Positions 57,301 to 64,000 of a DNA stretch of 64,000 nt are shown here, one piece after another. The stretch spans positions 4,340,001 through 4,404,000 of the forward strand of contig CM035352.1 in assembly GCA_020137815.1 (NCBI GenBank), given 5' to 3'. The DNA comes from Hormiphora californensis (lineage: Eukaryota > Animalia > Ctenophora). The translations under genes and the position numbers were made by a program. Position 1 is the stretch's first letter, and each line of letters opens with the position of its first letter. The notes beneath the pieces are model-generated. The model saw only the letters and a list, made by a program, of their open reading frames with translations. It searched no databases and had not been told where the DNA came from.

Positions 57301-59557
57301 TTCTTCTATCATTTTCAATCTGAGTTGGTGTTAACGCTACAAATGTCATATCTTATATTCAAAAAGAAACTGCAATGTATAATTTTTGGCTGTTAAATTA
57401 TGTCAGTGGTACCCCTTGCCTAAATTTTGCCATGAATTTTTTTTCTGTTCAGAAATTGCTTTTGCCGATCTTATTATGTTAATGGCACAAATAAGACATC
57501 AGAAACAAAGAGCTAGTTTCTTAGGTACTCTAATTAATGTGTTAGAACACCAGATACGGCACTCTCTGTTCGTACACTGATGAGCATTTCATACGTCTAT
57601 GAGCCATCTGATTTGCAACATTCATTATGGCTCATTTGTGTATGTATAGAGAGTGGAACGTTTTTTAGATTTTTACATAGATCCAATAGGATGTTTCTTC
57701 TATCATTTTCAATCTGAGTTGGTGTTAACGCTACAAATGTCATATCTTAGATTCAAAAAGAAACTGCAATATATAATTTTTGGCTGTTAAATTTTGCCTT
57801 GATTTTTTTTTCTGTTCAGAAATTGCTTTATTATTGGTTTATTACTTTATTATTGGTTATTATTATGGTAGCTCGTTTTGGCTGTTCTTGGTCGCATTCA
57901 ATAAATAATCGATTGCCAAACACATCAGTTGAAAGTCTAGAGTCAAATGAGCTCCTGATTGAGAGAATGAACGAGGTTCATTTCATAAAAATGAATTTTG
58001 AGCTTCAAGTCGGAAACTTTGCCAATCCCATTCACACATTGTGTAGAACCACTGTACCAAATTTTAGAGCTAAAAAATCTCGGCGACCCCTGGAAATCAT
58101 CCGTGTCGTGACGCTTGTAGAGAGATCGAATCACCATCCCTTTATAATCGTGAAGCAAGCTTTAGTATTCGGGTCAGTACTCGCCGAGTACTGGCCCGAG
58201 AATGATTTCATCGGTTCTTGTTCTTGACAGTAACGAGTTCTGTCTTAGCGACCACCTTTGTATCAGTAGCTTTTTATTAGGAGTGAAGTTCTACGATCAA
58301 AACATCATTGCAATAGATCCATAAAACGGACAAACAACTTACCAACGTCCAACTGTCCCGGGTATGCCCATAATTATAGCCCCATAGGCCTGCAGTGGCT
58401 CCGGTAGACTCCTAGACGCGTCAGGAGACAGATAAAATGACCTAGAACACCGGATACAACACTCTCTGTTCGTACACCGATGAGCATTTCATACGTCTAT
58501 GAGCCATCTGATTTGCTACACCCATTATGGCTCATTTGTGTATGTATAGAGAGTGGAACGTTTTTTAGATTTTTACATAGATCCAATAGGATGTTTCTTC
58601 TATCATTTTCAATCTGAGTTGGTGTAAACGCTACAAATGTCATATCTTAGATTCAAAAAGAAACTGCAATGTATAATTTTTGGCTGTTAAATTATGTCAG
58701 TGGTACCCCTTGCCTAAATTTTGCCTTGAATTTTTTTTCTGTTCAGAAATTGCTTTTGCCGATCTTATTATGTTAATGGCACAAATAAGACATCAGAAAC
58801 AAAGAGCTAGTTTCTTAGGTACTCTAATTAATGTGTTAGAACACCAGATACGGCACTCTCTGTTCGTACACTGATGAGCATTTCATACGTCTATGAGCCA
58901 TCTGATTTGCAACATCCATTATGGCTCATTTGTGTATGTATAGAGAGTGGAACGTTTTTTAGATTTTTACATAGATCCAATAGGATGTTTCTTCTATCAT
59001 TTTCAATCCTAGTTGGTGTTAACGCTACAAATGTCATATCTTAGATTCAAAAAGAAACTGCAATATATAATTTTTGGCTGTTAAATTATGTCAGTGGTAC
59101 CCCTTGCCTAAATTTTGCCTTGAATTTTTTTTTCTGTTCAGAAATTGCTTTATTATTGGTTTATTACTTTATTATTGGTTATTATTATGGTAGCTCGTTT
59201 TGGCTGTTCTTGGTCGCATTCAATAAATAATCGATTGCCAAACACATCAGTTGAAAGTCTGGAGTCAAATGATTTCCTGATTGAGAGAATGAGTGAGGTT
59301 CATTTCATAAAAATGAATTTTGAGCTTCACTTCGGAAACTTTGCCAATCCCATTCACACATTGTGTAGAACCACTGTACCAAATTTTAGAGCTAAAAGAT
59401 CTCGGCGACCCCTGGTCATCAGTTCTTGTTCTTGACAGTAACGAGTTCTGTCTTAGCGACCACCTTTGTATCAGTAGCTTTTTATTAGGAGTGAAGTTCT
59501 GCGCTCAAAACATCATTGCAATAGATCCATAAAACGGACAAACAACTTACCAACGTA
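54349..59557 (+). repeat. Higher-order tandem array (~1.3-kb period, B+A+partial A, about 3.5-4 units)
   Basis: Identical ORF fragments recur at 56065, 57386 and 58680. The block is the reverse complement of 33900-36287. Confidence 0.92.
54926..55467. mobile_element. Probable solo LTR (542 bp) inserted in the tandem array
   Basis: TGTTGTCG...CGATAACA termini (TG..CA with a short imperfect IR). It interrupts a B unit that is continuous in the other copies. Confidence 0.7.
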
Positions 59558-60025
59558 CAACATATGAAGGTCCAGAAGACTCATAGAAGGCCCGGGATAG
59601 CCATAGTGACACCGGTGCCTCCAGCGCCACTATGTGTCACTCTGGTCTAGAGGATCTATAAAGGTCCATAAAAGCACCAGATCGCCAATAGCGGCTCCTG
59701 CAATAAAAGCCTCACCGGCTGCTTGTAGTGGCATTACTGTAATGGAAATACAATACGCAGACGCATCGTTTCTGTAACGCGTGGGTGTAAAGCACACTTT
59801 TTTAACCATGTTAAAGGGCCTAAAAACCCAATTTTTACTTATTTATTTTGAACACTTTACACTCCATCGTAACATTGGAGTCCCAAAAAATATAGATACA
59901 CACCCCACGGGCCCCAGTTGAGCCAAGGGGAGCCCCTCAAGTTGGAATGGGGCTAAATTCTAGTTCTCGGTCGATATTCTCTTTCGAAGTAATTCGCTTT
60001 TTGCAAAATATATAATACTCTCTAA

Positions 60026-60283
60026 GGGGAAACTCTAACTGAATGGCATCCCATTAATGGGATCCCATCAGCAGTACAACTCTAACTGATAATGAACCAC
60101 AGTGATGGTTCTTTCTCTGTATTCTCTCTGTAGCAGTACATTGGGCATGCCCGGGCATTGATTGATTGGGCGCGCACACAGAGAGAATACAGAGAAAGAA
60201 CCATCACTGTGGTTCATTATCAGTTAGAGTTTTACTGCTGATGGGATCCCATTAATGGGATGCCATTCAGTTAGAGTTTCCCC
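60026..60283. mobile_element. PIF/Harbinger-type MITE with TAA TSD
   Basis: TAA|GGGGAAACTCTAACTG...CAGTTAGAGTTTCCCC|TAA, with ~105-bp arms. Confidence 0.88.
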
Positions 60284-60442
60284 TAATGATACACCTATGA
60301 GCCTTTTTGGTGCTCTCTGGCAACCTCTCTTATTATACACAAATGACCCTAAAATACACGTATGAGCCTCTGCATGTTTTGAAACGGGCTCATATGCGTA
60401 TGCCTTTTCCACCCAATTCCATACGCGTATGAGCCGAGGCGA

Positions 60443-61080
<638 letters not shown>

Positions 61081-62527
61081 CACTCTTTGTGGTTAGTGAA
61101 AACTTCGTGCCAGCACGCTTTTTACACTTGTTGTGATTTTGCTTGTTCTCCTTTATGCGGTTGCACATCTTCACTCTCTCTAGACTTACCTCTCTCTCCC
61201 TCTGTCTATCTTTCTCTCTCTCTGTCTATCTTTCTCGCTCTCTATAGCTTTCTCTCCGTCTATCCTTTTCTATGATTCGCTAAACCTTCCTTTTTTATCC
61301 TCTTTTCTCACACATAACACTTGAACTCGCATATTATGTTTCTGTCTTGTGTTTGTTCTGGAAAGACCTATACTTCCAAGAATAAACAGCTCCTACAATT
61401 TTATGTTTCAGCTTAACTTCATTTTCGAAAAAAGTAAAAAGTCTCACGGGCCCTTGCGTCTCAAATAGTTCCTTTTACGAACACTACTACTGGTCATGTT
61501 GGGTGGCCGCGTATTTCTATTTCTAGCACATAGTGGCCCACATAGTGTAGAGCTAATAAAGAGTTCGTTAATCGGTGATCAGTCTACTTATACACCATTC
61601 CTTCCCAGACACCCCACTCCCATGAGTTCCCACGACTAATTGGGTGTAAAGTGTACCTTGATTGGAGGTGTAAAGTGTCCCTATAATTGAAATGATATCT
61701 CTCTCATGTCCTTAGTTTCTGATCACATTTCCATCACCTCCCGTCTACACGTGACCATAGGGCGTCCAACTGTCTAACTCTACCTGGGGGATCTATTGTT
61801 TGGGGGAGCTCACTACTTCACCTTCCTACTATTGTTGTAGTAGATAGAGCTCCTTCTGCTTCATTTTCAATACTTTAGTCCTTTTGCTTTCTCATTGAGT
61901 ATCCTAAATTGATTCTACCTTGTAGCTCTAAGGAAGAGATTTTAGAATTGAGTTAGGCTGAATCTATACCCTATTACATGTTTTCTGTCAAGCATGCCCT
62001 AAATCTCTGTACAGGACTATTATCAAGTATGCCCTAAATCTCTGCTTTGAAGTGTTCCATTCATGAAATATATGTGATCGGAATGAATTAATTTAGTCTC
62101 ATAGCTCCTGATTACGGCTGTAAATAATTTATTTTCCGATCTACAGCAGAAGCTAGACACTGTTTTAGCTTCCCTGTTTCTTCCCCGTTCCTTTAGTTTT
62201 AGCGGACTTTTTGTTAGTTATTAGTGTGACAGAAGATACTGAAAATCTGAACTTTACAACTAGAAAACTTGGGCTTCAAAGAGAGTGGGTTTCGCTCAAA
62301 CAGACAATCCCCTACTTTATCCCTTCATGTCACCCCTTACTCAACAATACAAGGCTCTCTCTGCAGATCTGACTCTCTGTTTCTCTTTTCCTCTTCGCCC
62401 GAGCTTTTCTAGCTACTTTGTGTTGTGCCTTTACGGTTTCTCATTTATACCCATTTTCTTTCTGTCTCTCTTTTCCACCTTACTCTCTTCCTCTTTTCAC
62501 TCACATCGTCTCTCTCTTTCTCTCTCT

Positions 62528-62572
<45 letters not shown>

Positions 62573-63477
62573 CTCTCTCTCACTCACTGTCGCGCTAGTT
62601 CTCTTTGTGTGAGTGTGTGTAACTGGCGGAAGCGACTTACTGAGCTGTGTTGAGTGTGTGTCGGGCTAGCACCATACTCTCTCCGTTCTGCGCTTCAGTT
62701 GTTATTCAGTTGTGCACCACTATCTTCCTCTCTTGATTTCTCCAATCTCTCTCTAAACGCGGGGGCCAAACCCCCTTTCCTTCTACCCCCCCGGGCCCCC
62801 CCCAAAACCCCGGGCACGACGGTAAAGGGGTCAGGGAAATAAGGGCCCCTTGGGCGCCAATAGGAAAGAGGGAAACTTATCACGGGCTATTCATCAACAT
62901 TCTCCTGCAAAAGCTAGTTTTCGATTATCGGGAAGAAAGTTTTTTGGGAACCATTTATTGGGATGTATTTTCTCTTCTCATTTTCTTCTCGTCTCTCTCT
63001 CTCTCTCTCCTTTTCTCTCTCTCTATTCCTTTTCTCTCTCTCCTATTTACCCAAAATTGTTTTCTCCCACTCGTGCCACTTTGATCCATCTCTCAATATC
63101 TTTCTCGCTTCCTGGTTCGCGGCACAATCATCTGCGGATCAAGTTTAGTTTTACATTTACGTTAAAATATCGGGCTTATTCAATCACATTCTGCACTGTG
63201 CAAAAGTTCTAGTTTTTCCGATTAATGGAACTGAATATAGTTTTTGGGAAACGGAGTTTAGTTGGGGGATAGAATATTTTACAGATCATTCGTCAGAGTA
63301 GAGGGAGAGTGGTAGAAATATACAGAGAGAGAAAAAGATCGAGAAAAAAGATAGAGAAGTTAATATTGACTGTCTCGATAAGAACTCCTCCTCTCTTTCT
63401 CTCATCTGCCCTTCTAACTCTCTCTCCTTCTCTCGATCCTCTCTCATTTTCTCCTCTCTCTCCTCTCTCTCTCTCTC

Positions 63478-63592
<115 letters not shown>

Positions 63593-63682
63593 GCTCGCCT
63601 ATCTATTAAAGCATTCCTTGATCCCCCTGATCCCCGTGTGACAATAACAGTAGTGAGCAGATCGCTGTCACTCCCTGGTATA

Positions 63683-63781
63683 CAGTCGGACCCCGATTTA
63701 CCAGACCCCGATTTACCGGAACGTCGATTTATCAGACAAAATCCTTTCCCCCGAACATCCCGGTAAATCGGAGTCCGACTG
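63683..63781. mobile_element. pogo/Tigger-like MITE (same family as 33362)
   Basis: TA|CAGTCGGACCCCGATTTACC...GGTAAATCGGAGTCCGACTG|TA. Confidence 0.85.
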
Positions 63782-64000
63782 TATCTTGATCTTTGTGAAA
63801 TCAGTTGTGTCACTAGCTGTCTGGGGCGGGGTGATATCTCCCGTGATCTGGGCGAATTACCCGCAGTCTCTTCCTGTCAGTGTCAGTAGTGTTCTTATTT
63901 CATCTTTGATAATTTCATCTGTGGGATTCTGGGTTTATCATTTACCGCTTACCCTAGCATCATGGACGGTGAATTCTTGTCAGTGTCAGTTCTACAACAT

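Noticed and set aside
56065-59435. Recurrent ORFs MAVKLCQW... and 142-aa MNFFSVQ...
   Set aside because: They recur only because they lie in tandem repeat units, have no recognisable domain, and are frameshifted in some copies.

Overview
Eukaryotic, intron-rich genomic DNA packed with MITEs, foldback elements and satellites. The short repeat families resemble ones I recall from cydippid ctenophores (Pleurobrachia/Hormiphora); this is an unverified impression. Splicing by hand at GT-AG junctions with phase checks gives five protein genes that the ORF track mostly misses: a 13-exon FAAH2-like amidase (-), a divergent 10-exon MAP7/ensconsin-like gene (+), a 5-exon DGCR6/gonadal homolog (+), a convergent 2-exon small membrane protein I do not recognise (-), and a gene of at least 14 exons (-, about 38.2-49.1 kb) encoding a zinc-finger tyrosine recombinase. 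The recombinase gene is the most notable feature. Its frame is unbroken and it retains the R-K-R-H-Y catalytic residues, its introns are full of transposons, and it lies between two inverted copies of a complex tandem repeat. The window also holds a minimal Penelope-type hammerhead ribozyme, a solo LTR lacking a target-site duplication, and several error-rich patches that look like low-quality assembly.
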